64,000 nucleotides of DNA, taken from assembly GCA_964519725.1 (NCBI GenBank), contig CAZFKS010000002.1, forward strand, positions 49,325 to 113,324, in the 5' to 3' direction. The notes under the pieces were generated by a model that was not told the origin of the DNA, ran no database searches, and saw only the letters and a list, made by a program, of their open reading frames with translations. Every line of letters starts with the position of its first letter. Within the stretch, counting starts at the first letter, position 1. Source of the stretch: an uncultured Gammaproteobacteria bacterium. GTDB taxonomy: Bacteria > Patescibacteriota > Patescibacteriia > Magasanikbacterales > UBA922. Below, one piece after another: positions 1 through 8,104 of the stretch. Position numbers and translations under genes: made by a program.

Positions 1-5
1 CCAAA

Positions 6-1127
6 GTGCCAAAAACTAATTTGATTACGCAAGGTGATCCAAAAAAATCTTTGACTGGAAAATATTTGCGCAAAGAATTGACCATTGATGTGCCAACCGA
101 GCGTCGCAAAGTTGATGCCGCCACACCCAAAATTAAAATTAAAGGCGCGCGCGAACACAACCTTAAAAATATTACGGTGGAAATTCCACTCCGCCGGTTT
201 GTCTGTTTGACTGGCGTCAGTGGCTCAGGAAAATCCACGCTCATGCACAGTATTTTGCACCGCGCAGTTTCCAACAAATTAAATCATACTCGCATGGTGG
301 TTGGTGAACACGAAAGTATCACGGGCCTTGAGTATCTCGACAAAATTATTGTCATTGATCAAAGCCCAATTGGTCGTACGCCGCGCTCTAACCCAGCCAC
401 TTACACCAAAGCCTTTGATGAAATTCGAGAAATTTTTGCCGCCACTCCAGAAGCTAAAATGCGCGGGTATAAATCTGGCCGTTTCAGTTTTAATGTCCCT
501 GGCGGACGCTGTGAAAATTGTGAAGGTAAAGGTACGCTCGAAATTGAAATGCACTTTTTGCCAAGCGTGCAAATTGTGTGTGAAATCTGCAAAGGCAAGC
601 GTTTTACCAGTGAAACTTTGCAAGTGCATTATAAGGGCAAAAATATTTCTGAAGTGCTGGACATGACCATGGAAGAGGGCGAAAAGTTTTTTGAAGATAT
701 TCCGTTTGTGGCGGATAAACTCAAAATGTTAAATGAAGTGGGTTTGGCTTATCTAACCCTCGGCCAATCTGCCACTACCCTTTCTGGCGGTGAAGCGCAG
801 CGCATCAAACTTTCCAAAGAATTATCCAAGCGTGGCACTACCAAAACCCTGTATTTGCTGGATGAACCAACTACAGGTTTGCATTATGACGATGTTCGCA
901 AACTCATCCAAGTTTTGCAGCGCCTCACTGGCCAAGGTAATACAGTTATGGTCATCGAACATAACCTTGATGTCATCAAATGTGCCGACTGGCTCATTGA
1001 CCTTGGGCCCGAAGGCGGCGACAAAGGCGGTACACTTGTGGCCACTGGTACGCCAGAAGAAGTTTCAATTAAAGCCGGGAGTGCGACTGGGGAGTATTTG
1101 AAGAGGTTGCTAGACAATAGATCATAA
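6..1127 (+). CDS. uvrA: Excinuclease ABC subunit A (UvrA), C-terminal part; 5' end lies outside the window.
   Basis: ORF runs to the window edge. Second ABC ATPase module present: Walker [14 protein letters not shown] signature [15 protein letters not shown], Walker B LYLLDEPT. Zn-finger [16 protein letters not shown] typical of UvrA. Confidence 0.9.
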   Translation: MPKTNLITQGDPKKSLTGKYLRKELTIDVPTERRKVDAATPKIKIKGAREHNLKNITVEIPLRRFVCLTGVSGSGKSTLMHSILHRAVSNKLNHTRMVVGEHESITGLEYLDKIIVIDQSPIGRTPRSNPATYTKAFDEIREIFAATPEAKMRGYKSGRFSFNVPGGRCENCEGKGTLEIEMHFLPSVQIVCEICKGKRFTSETLQVHYKGKNISEVLDMTMEEGEKFFEDIPFVADKLKMLNEVGLAYLTLGQSATTLSGGEAQRIKLSKELSKRGTTKTLYLLDEPTTGLHYDDVRKLIQVLQRLTGQGNTVMVIEHNLDVIKCADWLIDLGPEGGDKGGTLVATGTPEEVSIKAGSATGEYLKRLLDNRS

Positions 1128-1146
1128 ATTGTTATAATAAATTTAT

Positions 1147-2058
1147 ATGAATGAAGATGTGTTCAAATATGTAAAACAGATGGGTGATTTAAGAAAAATC
1201 CCGCAATTTTTGTTTATTCAGTCAATTGGACCTAAGGCTGTAAAAGAAGTCAGAGAAAAAATTCAAGATTTTAAAATTAAAAATTCGTCTGTAGAGGAAA
1301 TTGATTTTATTGTTCAATCTCCTGGTGGCAGTGCAGACGATGCTTATAGGATTATAAGAACTCTTCGTAGTAATTTTAAAACTGTCAATATTATAGTTCC
1401 TTTTTGGGCAAAGAGTGCTGCGACTTTATTGAGCATGGGAGGATCTGTAATTATTATGGATGAATTTGGGGAATTTGGGCCGTTAGATGTGCAAATTGCT
1501 AAAGAGATGGATGATAGACCTGATTACGAAAGAGAAAGCGCATTGATTGATGAAAATTCATTAAATAGAATTGAGACTCGCTCAAGAGAGCTTTTTCAGA
1601 AAATGTTTCTAGACCTCTATTCAAGTGATCACATACATATTAATAAAAATGAATTATCTAAACAAATACTTGACTATCTGGCAAAATTTTACCAACCGTT
1701 ATTAGGACAGATAAATCCATATAAATTAGGGGATAAGAAGAGAAAATTGGATATAGGAGAGCAATATGCCAGAAGAATACTTGATCTCTATAATCCAAAC
1801 ATACCACAAGATACGAAAAATATTTTTATTGATTTTCTTGTAAACGGGTGTCCTGATCATGGTTATGTAATTGACTACAGTGTAGTATCAAAATTTTTGC
1901 CTAATGTTAAACAGGCCTCTGAAGTTAGCCTTGATTTTGAGACAGTTCTGAACAATTTATCAAATGCTTTTATTTCTGGTAAGGAGTCTGAATTTATTGG
2001 CTTTATTGTGGATAATAAAGCCGCTGAGCCTGTTATTTCTGAAGTAAAAAATTCTTAA
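1147..2058 (+). CDS. ClpP/SppA(S49)-fold serine peptidase-like protein with an unrelated ~170-aa C-terminal region.
   Basis: N-terminal half resembles the ClpP/S49 core: IDFIVQSPGGSADDAYRII ... IIVPFWAKSAATLLSMGGSVIIMDE. The gene and the following ~3 kb are markedly more AT-rich than the flanks. Confidence 0.5.
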   Translation: MNEDVFKYVKQMGDLRKIPQFLFIQSIGPKAVKEVREKIQDFKIKNSSVEEIDFIVQSPGGSADDAYRIIRTLRSNFKTVNIIVPFWAKSAATLLSMGGSVIIMDEFGEFGPLDVQIAKEMDDRPDYERESALIDENSLNRIETRSRELFQKMFLDLYSSDHIHINKNELSKQILDYLAKFYQPLLGQINPYKLGDKKRKLDIGEQYARRILDLYNPNIPQDTKNIFIDFLVNGCPDHGYVIDYSVVSKFLPNVKQASEVSLDFETVLNNLSNAFISGKESEFIGFIVDNKAAEPVISEVKNS

Positions 2059-2082
2059 ATAATCTAAACCTATTTTAAATAT

Positions 2083-2265
2083 ATGGAACTTTACTCTCTA
2101 AAGAACCTTCCATCTCTAGGCTCTAACAATGAAGATATAAAAATTAGAATTTCTATATCTAAGGTCGAGCGTATGGTTGAAGAAGATCGTATTAACAGAC
2201 TCAAATCTCAACCACTTACAATAGAAGAGAGGATTATCAAGTTTTCTCCACTTTTTAGTAAATAA
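2083..2265 (+). CDS. Small hypothetical protein, 60 aa.
   Basis: ORF only. AT-rich, sits between island genes. No recognisable motif. Confidence 0.2.
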   Translation: MELYSLKNLPSLGSNNEDIKIRISISKVERMVEEDRINRLKSQPLTIEERIIKFSPLFSK

Positions 2266-2292
2266 CTTTGCACAAGCTCTTTCACCTGGTTT

Positions 2293-2757
2293 ATGGATAT
2301 TCACATATTGAAATCTAAGTGGTACTACAGATTTTTAAAAGTAGTCTATATTGTTATATTTGTTTTTTTCCTTATTACACCAGCGACAGCTGCATTCATT
2401 GATAATTTGGATATACAAGTTTTTAATCCTAATGAATCTTTTATTGTTTGTGATGAAGTGGATAAAAAATTTATTGCTACAGATTATTCTATTGAATCAA
2501 ACTACATTTCATCGTCAGTGGATAAAAAAATAAAGCACGACTGCCGAACAGCCGCAATTGCTTCGTCTGATAATAAGTATTTCGCATATGGATATGGAGG
2601 TGCCTATACATTTCATCCCTCGTATTATATTGAAAATAATTTTTTAATTGCTGGCGGATTCGCTTTACTTTCAATAATTTGCGCGTTGGTTTCATTTGAA
2701 TTAATTAAAAGAATATTTTTTTATATAGTTACAGGTAATTTTTTACATATTAAATGA
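2293..2757 (+). CDS. Hypothetical membrane-anchored protein.
   Basis: Hydrophobic helices at N-terminus (VVYIVIFVFFLITPATAAF) and C-terminus (LIAGGFALLSIICALVSF). Confidence 0.35.
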   Translation: MDIHILKSKWYYRFLKVVYIVIFVFFLITPATAAFIDNLDIQVFNPNESFIVCDEVDKKFIATDYSIESNYISSSVDKKIKHDCRTAAIASSDNKYFAYGYGGAYTFHPSYYIENNFLIAGGFALLSIICALVSFELIKRIFFYIVTGNFLHIK

Positions 2758-2760
2758 ATT

Positions 2761-3291
2761 ATGTATAAATTGCTATATAGATTTGTATTCGTTACTTTAC
2801 TTTTGCTCCCTCCTATCGCCTCCGCCCATCCCGGACGCACCGATGCCTACGGCTGCCACACCTGTCGAACTAATTGCGCCAAATGGGGTTTATCGACTGG
2901 CGAATACCACTGCCATAACGCAAAAGCTTTGCCTCAACCTTTGCCGCCAGTCACCAGCCATAGCAATGGCGTGACTGAACCAGCGCCGCAATATGCCAAA
3001 CCTAAAGTTGAGCCAACGGTTACTCCGGTGCAGAAACCGATTGTAAAAACTGAAACTAAAGTAGTGCCTAAAAAAGAAGTTAAGGTTGAAAAAAAGACCG
3101 AAGTAAAACCTGTTCAGAAAGTTACGCCAAAGGCAGTAGTTAAGCCAGTGGTAAAACCAGAAAATAAAACTGTGAGCAAACCTGTTGAGAAACCAATCGT
3201 AACTTCCACACCTGCAGTTCAACCTAAGGCCCCTACTAAATCTGCGCCAGTCAAAGAAAGCTGGTGGAGTAAAATAAAAAAGTGGTTTTAA
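2761..3291 (+). CDS. Secreted protein with an N-terminal YHYH-like Cys/His motif domain and a Lys/Pro/Val-rich repetitive tail.
   Basis: Signal peptide MYKLLYRFVFVTLLLLPPIASA. Motif HPGRTDAYGCHTCRTNCAKWGLSTGEYHCHN resembles the YHYH-family motif. Then degenerate repeats (KPVVKP, KTEVKPVQK). Followed by an intrinsic terminator. Confidence 0.45.
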   Translation: MYKLLYRFVFVTLLLLPPIASAHPGRTDAYGCHTCRTNCAKWGLSTGEYHCHNAKALPQPLPPVTSHSNGVTEPAPQYAKPKVEPTVTPVQKPIVKTETKVVPKKEVKVEKKTEVKPVQKVTPKAVVKPVVKPENKTVSKPVEKPIVTSTPAVQPKAPTKSAPVKESWWSKIKKWF

Positions 3292-3296
3292 AAATT

Positions 3297-3325
3297 AAAA
3301 TCCTCGCCAAAAACGAGGATTTTTA
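3297..3325 (+). terminator. Rho-independent terminator.
   Basis: aaaaTCCTCGccaaaaaCGAGGAttttt: 6-bp GC-containing stem plus T-run immediately after the 2761..3291 stop. Confidence 0.7.
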
Positions 3326-3564
3326 ATCCACAAAAGTGGATAAATGTTGTGTATAAACAGTGAATATTTTTGTTTTGGACTTCTTATTTTAAGGGATAGT
3401 TCATGTTACGATATAAATATAAACAAAAAAGACCTTCCGCTAACTGTGGTATATAAACCACTGGGCCGAAAGTCTCTTAGAGAATAATCGACCAGGTTGA
3501 AGTGTATAAACTTCGGCCAATTTTCTCTGTATGTAAAATATAAAATTTTAATAGTTTTGTCAAT

Positions 3565-4077
3565 ATGAATAAGGAGGGAAACTACGCCTATATTGATGGT
3601 GCTAATTTACATAAAGGCATTATTACTTTGGGCTGGGAACTGGACTACCAGCGTTTTCGGACATGGCTTAGAGATAAACATCAAGTCGTTCAAGCGTATT
3701 TATTTCTTGGGTATATTCCAGAGTACGAAGATCGCTATCAAGCCTTGCGGGAATCGGGCTATATTTTGGTATTTAAGGAGGTAGTTAGAGATTTGGATGG
3801 ACGAGTAAAAGGAAATTGTGATGCTGACTTAGTTTTGGAGGCAACGCGGGGATTTTATGAAAATAAATACCATAAGGCCGTGATAGTTTCCAGTGATGGG
3901 GATTATGCGTGTTTGGTTAAATTTTTACTGGAAAAAGAGAAAATGAAAATACTTTTATCACCAAGCAATAAATGCTCAGTCTTGCTGTATAGGACAGGTG
4001 TCCAATTAACTTTTTTAAGTGAACTAAAGGAGAAGCTGACTAAAATAAAAAAGCCCCCGATACGGACAAAACCGTAG
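3565..4077 (+). CDS. NYN-domain (LabA-like, PIN-fold) ribonuclease-like protein.
   Basis: YIDGANLH ... GNCDADLV ... VSSDGDY acidic motif order matches the NYN/PIN-like fold. SD AAGGAGGG 6 nt before the ATG. Confidence 0.6.
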   Translation: MNKEGNYAYIDGANLHKGIITLGWELDYQRFRTWLRDKHQVVQAYLFLGYIPEYEDRYQALRESGYILVFKEVVRDLDGRVKGNCDADLVLEATRGFYENKYHKAVIVSSDGDYACLVKFLLEKEKMKILLSPSNKCSVLLYRTGVQLTFLSELKEKLTKIKKPPIRTKP

Positions 4078-4145
4078 CAGGGTCTCTTTCGTGGTGTATG
4101 AAATTAATATAAAATATTATTTAGAGTTTGTCAAGATTTTGTCTG

Positions 4146-4784
4146 TTAATTAAACCTATGAAACAAAAACGGCCCACCAAAAATAAACGCAAAAATTCCC
4201 AAAATAATATAACCCATATATTCATCACTACGAATTGGTCCGTGCCGCAAACGGTTGCTGTTGGTTAGAATTGATGAAATTAAGGCTGACACTAAAAAGA
4301 ACGTATTCCATTCCCAGATTAGCTCACCAAACAACGGACCGAATAATTTGATGACAGCCAGGGCTGGCACAATAACCAGGGGAATGGCCACCAAAACTTT
4401 TTTGGTAAATAATTCACTTATTTTTTTTAATCCAATCACATCTCCGCCATAGCCATGCTTAAACAATCCATAATAAGCCAAGGCTAGAAGCGCGCCTGAG
4501 GCTTCAATTAAAAATTGATATCCAAAAATTAGCCAAATGTTTTCAAAATTATAGAGTGCCAAAATTACTTGCACTGGTACGGCAAAGGTGGTGACTAGGG
4601 CTGCGGAAAAAGTCTCGGGGTAAGGAATAACTTCTGCCACCAAATCAAGAAACACAATTACGCCAAAAAACAAAAGAACCCACCACCAGGAAATGCCTCC
4701 AGAGGTGGCTTGTCCAAGCGCTCCCATGGCCAGAGCGGGCAGAAGTGATAGGTAAAGGAAGTAAGAAACGCGGAGAAATTTCAT
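4146..4784 (-). CDS. Hypothetical polytopic integral membrane protein.
   Basis: About 6 predicted TM helices. No catalytic motif recognised. Confidence 0.4.
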   Translation of the reverse strand: MKFLRVSYFLYLSLLPALAMGALGQATSGGISWWWVLLFFGVIVFLDLVAEVIPYPETFSAALVTTFAVPVQVILALYNFENIWLIFGYQFLIEASGALLALAYYGLFKHGYGGDVIGLKKISELFTKKVLVAIPLVIVPALAVIKLFGPLFGELIWEWNTFFLVSALISSILTNSNRLRHGPIRSDEYMGYIILGIFAFIFGGPFLFHRFN

Positions 4785-4834
4785 ATTGGTTAAACTTGCG
4801 AACTAGTATATAGTATTGATATTCTAAATGCCAT

Positions 4835-5452
4835 ATGAAATTTTACCTTTCCTCTTATCGCCTTGGCGACCGCGCGGCTGAATTGCCAAAACTGTTTGGG
4901 CACAATAAGCGGATTGCAGTTATTCCCAATGCCAAAGATTATGCAGCTGAGCCAGCCAAACGTGCGGAGCGGGAAATTAGAGAAACAGACGCACTGCGTG
5001 AGCTTGGACTGGAACCGGAAATTTTAGATTTGCGCGAATTTTTTGGTTGGGCAGATTTGCTCAAGAAAAAATTAACTGATTTTGGCGGAGTGTGGGTGCT
5101 CGGCGGCAATACGTTTGTCCTGCGTCAAGCCATGTGGCTCTCGGGTTTTGATTTGGTCATACAAGATTTTAAAAATAATTTGGATTTTGTGTACGCTGGT
5201 TACAGCGCTGGTGCGTGCGTGCTGGCGCCAACATTGCGCGGTCTTGATATTGTTGATGACCCAAACGTAAAAGTTTACGGCGATTACAAAATCATCTGGG
5301 ATGGACTTAATTTAATTGAATATTCAATTGCACCGCACTATCAGTCCGATCACCCGGAATCCACTGGTGTCGAAAAAGAAGTTGCATATTTGCAACAAAA
5401 TAATTTGCCGTACAAAACTTTGCGCGATGGTGAGGTGATTATTATCCAATAA
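4835..5452 (+). CDS. pepE: Peptidase S51 family (peptidase E / alpha-aspartyl dipeptidase-like, type-1 glutamine amidotransferase fold).
   Basis: GGNTFVL ... VYAGYSAGACVL nucleophile elbow and about 205 aa length are typical of PepE. Confidence 0.6.
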   Translation: MKFYLSSYRLGDRAAELPKLFGHNKRIAVIPNAKDYAAEPAKRAEREIRETDALRELGLEPEILDLREFFGWADLLKKKLTDFGGVWVLGGNTFVLRQAMWLSGFDLVIQDFKNNLDFVYAGYSAGACVLAPTLRGLDIVDDPNVKVYGDYKIIWDGLNLIEYSIAPHYQSDHPESTGVEKEVAYLQQNNLPYKTLRDGEVIIIQ

Positions 5453-5506
5453 TTTATATAATAGTAATATACTAAATTGATTAATTGTCTCGTGGCAGTT
5501 TTTAAA

Positions 5507-5541
5507 CAAAAAACCTCCCATTTTGGGAGGTTTAATTTTTT
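5507..5541 (+). terminator. Rho-independent terminator after the pepE-like gene.
   Basis: aaaaCCTCCCAttttGGGAGGtttaatttttt. Confidence 0.7.
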
Positions 5542-5760
5542 GAAGGGGCCGGAGTGATAATCACCACCGGCCATGTCCGTTCCCTTCTGCCAGGTCCACT
5601 TAATTGTGACAATTAAGGGGATTTTCCGGGGTAAATCCCCGGGAAAGGGGTTCCGGGCTGGGTAAGCCCGGTTGGCGGGGGAAAAAACGAGGAGTTTTGT
5701 TGGTAGGAGTTTCCCTGACAACTTCTCCAGGAACGAACAATAGAGAATATCATATGTAGT
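5540..5760. ncRNA. GC-rich, highly structured non-coding segment (candidate structured RNA; identity unknown).
   Basis: Consecutive stable hairpins: GGCCGGagtgataatcaccaCCGGCC, CCGGGGtaaaTCCCCGG, CCGGGCTgggtaAGCCCGG. No credible ORF on either strand. GC far above the local background. Confidence 0.3.
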
Positions 5761-5903
5761 TGTATTTGTCAAGAGTAATAAAATCATCACATTTTTAGAC
5801 AGAAGAAAACTTGGAATATAAATTTACACCCTTATGTAATTACCATAATTGATAATTATAATGGGGGTGGTGTTTTGCGGATAACACCTAACCGTTTAAC
5901 GCT

Positions 5904-6149
5904 CTAGGGCGTGAGCCCGAGCTGTTTGGCCGCTGCGTTCCAATTGGCGCGGCCTTGGGAAGTGGGATCATTTGGAATGAGCGTTTCGGTGTAAAAACGC
6001 TCCTCTCCGGCGATCCACGGTCTGATGCAGACCTGAATTGCGTCGACGCCGTACCCGCAGACCTCGAATGGTCCTTGGATCCTCACACGGCCGCCCAGGT
6101 CTTCGAGTCCGAAGCTGGGACAATGGGGAAGCGTAACGCGTTTTTCCAT
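5904..6149 (-). CDS. Small GC-rich hypothetical protein, 81 aa.
   Basis: GGAGACGATC-ATG Shine-Dalgarno. GC3-rich codons unlike neighbours. 5' leader carries a terminator-like hairpin plus U-tract and a second hairpin. Confidence 0.4.
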   Translation of the reverse strand: MEKRVTLPHCPSFGLEDLGGRVRIQGPFEVCGYGVDAIQVCIRPWIAGEERFYTETLIPNDPTSQGRANWNAAAKQLGLTP

Positions 6150-6224
6150 GATCGTCTCCTGGTGATTGTAGACTCTGTGGAAACAAAGGCCGGTGCCTTT
6201 GTTCCCAATAAAATCCACAAAATA

Positions 6225-6257
6225 AAAACGCCCCGTGCTTGGGGCGTTTAAAGTTTT
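6225..6257. terminator. Hairpin with flanking T/A runs; bidirectional terminator or attenuator element.
   Basis: aaaaCGCCCCgtgcttGGGGCGttt. On the minus strand it is followed by TTTTTATTTTG, a better U-tract than on the plus strand. Confidence 0.5.
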
Positions 6258-6423
6258 AGAAAACAAAACTCCGCACCAAGCTATGGGGCGGTATAGAACC
6301 AGCAAACTGATGCAAATATCTGATTGTGTTTCATAACAAATTCATTTAAACAAGCCATTTGTTTTCACGCAAGTATAGGTGTGGATAGTTCAAAAAAATA
6401 GCCTATTATGGTAGGATTATGTC

Positions 6424-7710
6424 ATGACTCCTAAAGAAACCCTCAAAAAATTGCCTGACCAGCCTGGCGTGTACCTGTATTACAACGCCGCCGGCGAACT
6501 GGTCTATGTGGGCAAAGCAACTTCACTCAAAAATCGGGTGAAGAGTTATTTTATTGGTAAACGAAATTCGCGGCCCATTGAACAAATGATGCATTTGGTC
6601 GCGGACATTAAGTGGCAAACTACTGATTCAGTTTTGGAAGCCGTGATTTTGGAATCAGTTTACATCAAACGATATTTGCCAATTTATAATGTCATTGGTA
6701 AGGATAATAAAAGTTGGAATTATATTACGATTGGGGTTGGGGATTATCCGCTCGTGGAAACTTTGCGCGAACATGATTTGGTTCGTCTCCAGCAACGGAC
6801 TGGTAAAACTTTGCCTCCACAATTTGCGGAAATTTTTGGGCCATATCCTGGCCTTAACATGCGCGAAGCACTGAAAATTTTGCGCCGTATTTTTGGTTTT
6901 TCTTCGTGTCAAAAAGAGAAAAAAGGAAAGCGCGATCCCAAAGGAAAACCGTGTTTTTATTATCAAATTGGACAGTGTCTGGGGGTATGCACTGGTGAAA
7001 TTACCCCCGAAGAATATAAGCGCCTGGTGATTCGTCCATTGGCCATGTTTTTGCGCGGGAACAAAAAAGATTTGGTGAAGGAAATTGAAAAAAATATGAA
7101 ACGCGCGAGTAAGGCCGAGGATTTTGAAGAAGCCACCCGCCTGCGTGATCAATTAAAATCACTCTTGCGTATTCATGACGTGGCGCTATTAAATAAAGAT
7201 TTTTTTGCTGATCCTGATTTGCCTGCACCTGGCCAAACTGGTGATTTAGTGGTGTCACGCATTGAAGGTTATGATATTTCCAATTTAGGCGCAAGTGGAA
7301 AAGTGGCCAGTATGGTGGTGTTCAACAATGCTGGGCCAATGAAATCTGAGTACCGAAAATTTCACATTAAAAGTTTCGTTGGGCAGAGTGATGTTGATTC
7401 GCTTGACGAAGTAATTCGGCGACGGTTGCGACATCCAGAGTGGACCGCTCCACAAGTGTTTTTAATTGATGGCGGGCCACCACAAGTTAATCGGGTGGTC
7501 ACTGTGCTGCACCAACTTGGTGTCACCATTCCCGTCGTTGGAATTGCCAAAGGGCCAGAACGCAAGCGGAATGATTTCTTTTTGGGAACTAAAGAGAAGA
7601 ATTTTGTACGGTGGGTGAGTGAACACCAAGAACTTTTGATCCGGGTGCGTGATGAAGCGCACCGGTTTGCCATTACCTTCCAGCGCACAACGCGTCGGTT
7701 GAAAAAATAA
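6424..7710 (+). CDS. uvrC: Excinuclease ABC subunit C (UvrC), short form lacking the C-terminal (HhH)2 domain.
   Basis: GIY-YIG N-terminus (GVYLYYNAAGELVYVGKATSLKNRVKSYF), Cys-rich region, UVR domain (FEEATRLRDQLKSL), endonuclease V-like region ending RDEAHRFAITFQR. 428 aa versus ~600 aa typical. Confidence 0.8.
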   Translation: MTPKETLKKLPDQPGVYLYYNAAGELVYVGKATSLKNRVKSYFIGKRNSRPIEQMMHLVADIKWQTTDSVLEAVILESVYIKRYLPIYNVIGKDNKSWNYITIGVGDYPLVETLREHDLVRLQQRTGKTLPPQFAEIFGPYPGLNMREALKILRRIFGFSSCQKEKKGKRDPKGKPCFYYQIGQCLGVCTGEITPEEYKRLVIRPLAMFLRGNKKDLVKEIEKNMKRASKAEDFEEATRLRDQLKSLLRIHDVALLNKDFFADPDLPAPGQTGDLVVSRIEGYDISNLGASGKVASMVVFNNAGPMKSEYRKFHIKSFVGQSDVDSLDEVIRRRLRHPEWTAPQVFLIDGGPPQVNRVVTVLHQLGVTIPVVGIAKGPERKRNDFFLGTKEKNFVRWVSEHQELLIRVRDEAHRFAITFQRTTRRLKK

Positions 7711-7784
7711 ATTTCTACAAGGTCCACCCCCCCCGGATCTTGATTTTTTCTTGGTTTTGTGATACAAATTTTGTGGAGGTTGCC

Positions 7785-7892
7785 ATGAAACTCATCCGTT
7801 TCTTGGTGCTCATTGTTGTGTTCATCATCGTGTTCGTCAAAGCCGTGTGCTTGGGCGAAGACGTTCGGAGCGATCCGGATGACCGACCGTGA
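7785..7892 (+). CDS. Unannotated small hydrophobic peptide, 35 aa: MKLIRFLVLIVVFIIVFVKAVCLGEDVRSDPDDRP.
   Basis: Consensus SD GGAGG 5 nt upstream of the ATG. One TM helix plus acidic tail. Own terminator downstream. Below the 60-aa cutoff of the ORF track. Confidence 0.45.
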   Translation: MKLIRFLVLIVVFIIVFVKAVCLGEDVRSDPDDRP

Positions 7893-7934
7893 GTGCCCAC
7901 CCGCCGAGCAATCGGTGGGTACCCAAATTAATTA

Positions 7935-7965
7935 AAACAGCCCTAATCGGGCTGTTTTTTTATTT
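7935..7965 (+). terminator. Rho-independent terminator.
   Basis: aACAGCCCtaatcGGGCTGTttttttattt. Confidence 0.75.
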
Positions 7966-7997
7966 CTAAAATTTTCCTGAAGATTTGTTCAAAAAAA

Positions 7998-8076
7998 GTG
8001 GGGAAAAAGTGGATAAGTGGTATTGAATGAGGGTGAATGGTGGTATATAATGGTTGCAGGTGGGGAGAAGTGGGAA
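7998..8076 (+). promoter_or_regulatory. mraZ promoter with MraZ-box-like direct repeats.
   Basis: -35 TTGAAT (8023-8028), 17-nt spacer, extended -10 tgGTATATAAT (8044-8052). GTGG(G/A/T) repeats at 7998, 8009, 8017, 8039, 8062 and 8070 at roughly helical spacing, reminiscent of MraZ TGGGN operator repeats. Confidence 0.4.
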
Positions 8077-8104
8077 ATATGCTTGTCTTCCCAAAACCCC
8101 ATAT

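Noticed and set aside
279-1117. Several 60-120-aa ORFs on both strands inside uvrA (279..629 -, 301..666 +, 401..598 -, 790..1101 +, 884..1117 -).
   Set aside because: They lie entirely within the well-supported uvrA reading frame and have no motifs. These are shadow ORFs typical of out-of-frame translation.
2890-3222. 110-aa minus-strand ORF rich in F/N/R inside the YHYH-like gene.
   Set aside because: It is the antisense frame of the Lys/Pro/Val repeat region. Its low-complexity repeats merely mirror the sense-strand repeat.
3330-4077. Type III toxin-antitoxin (ToxIN-like) interpretation of the repeats upstream of the NYN nuclease.
   Set aside because: ToxI-type antitoxins are regular tandem repeats of about 34-47 nt followed by a terminator. 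The three GTATAAAC-containing elements here are irregularly spaced (about 100 and 53 nt) and not tandem, and NYN is not a ToxN/AbiQ fold.
5540-5760. Identification of the GC-rich hairpin cluster as RNase P RNA, tmRNA or SRP RNA.
   Set aside because: By eye I could not find the defining conserved blocks (RNase P GGAAAGUCCGGGCUCC / ACAGAACCCGGCUUA, tmRNA tRNA-like 3' end ...CCACCA with T-loop, or the SRP domain IV AGGUCAGGUCCGGAAGGAAGCAGC). It is left as an unknown structured segment pending covariance-model search.
5350-5790. 146-aa minus-strand ORF spanning the end of pepE and the GC-rich structured segment.
   Set aside because: It overlaps the pepE 3' end and the hairpin-rich region, has nonsense composition (YYYYINYWIIIT) and no SD. 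It is most likely non-coding.
8054-8104. Longer MraZ N-terminal extension (track ORF starting at 8054).
   Set aside because: The consensus -10 of the mraZ promoter (8044-8052) lies at or inside this extension, and MFIGEY at 8105 matches the canonical MraZ N-terminus.
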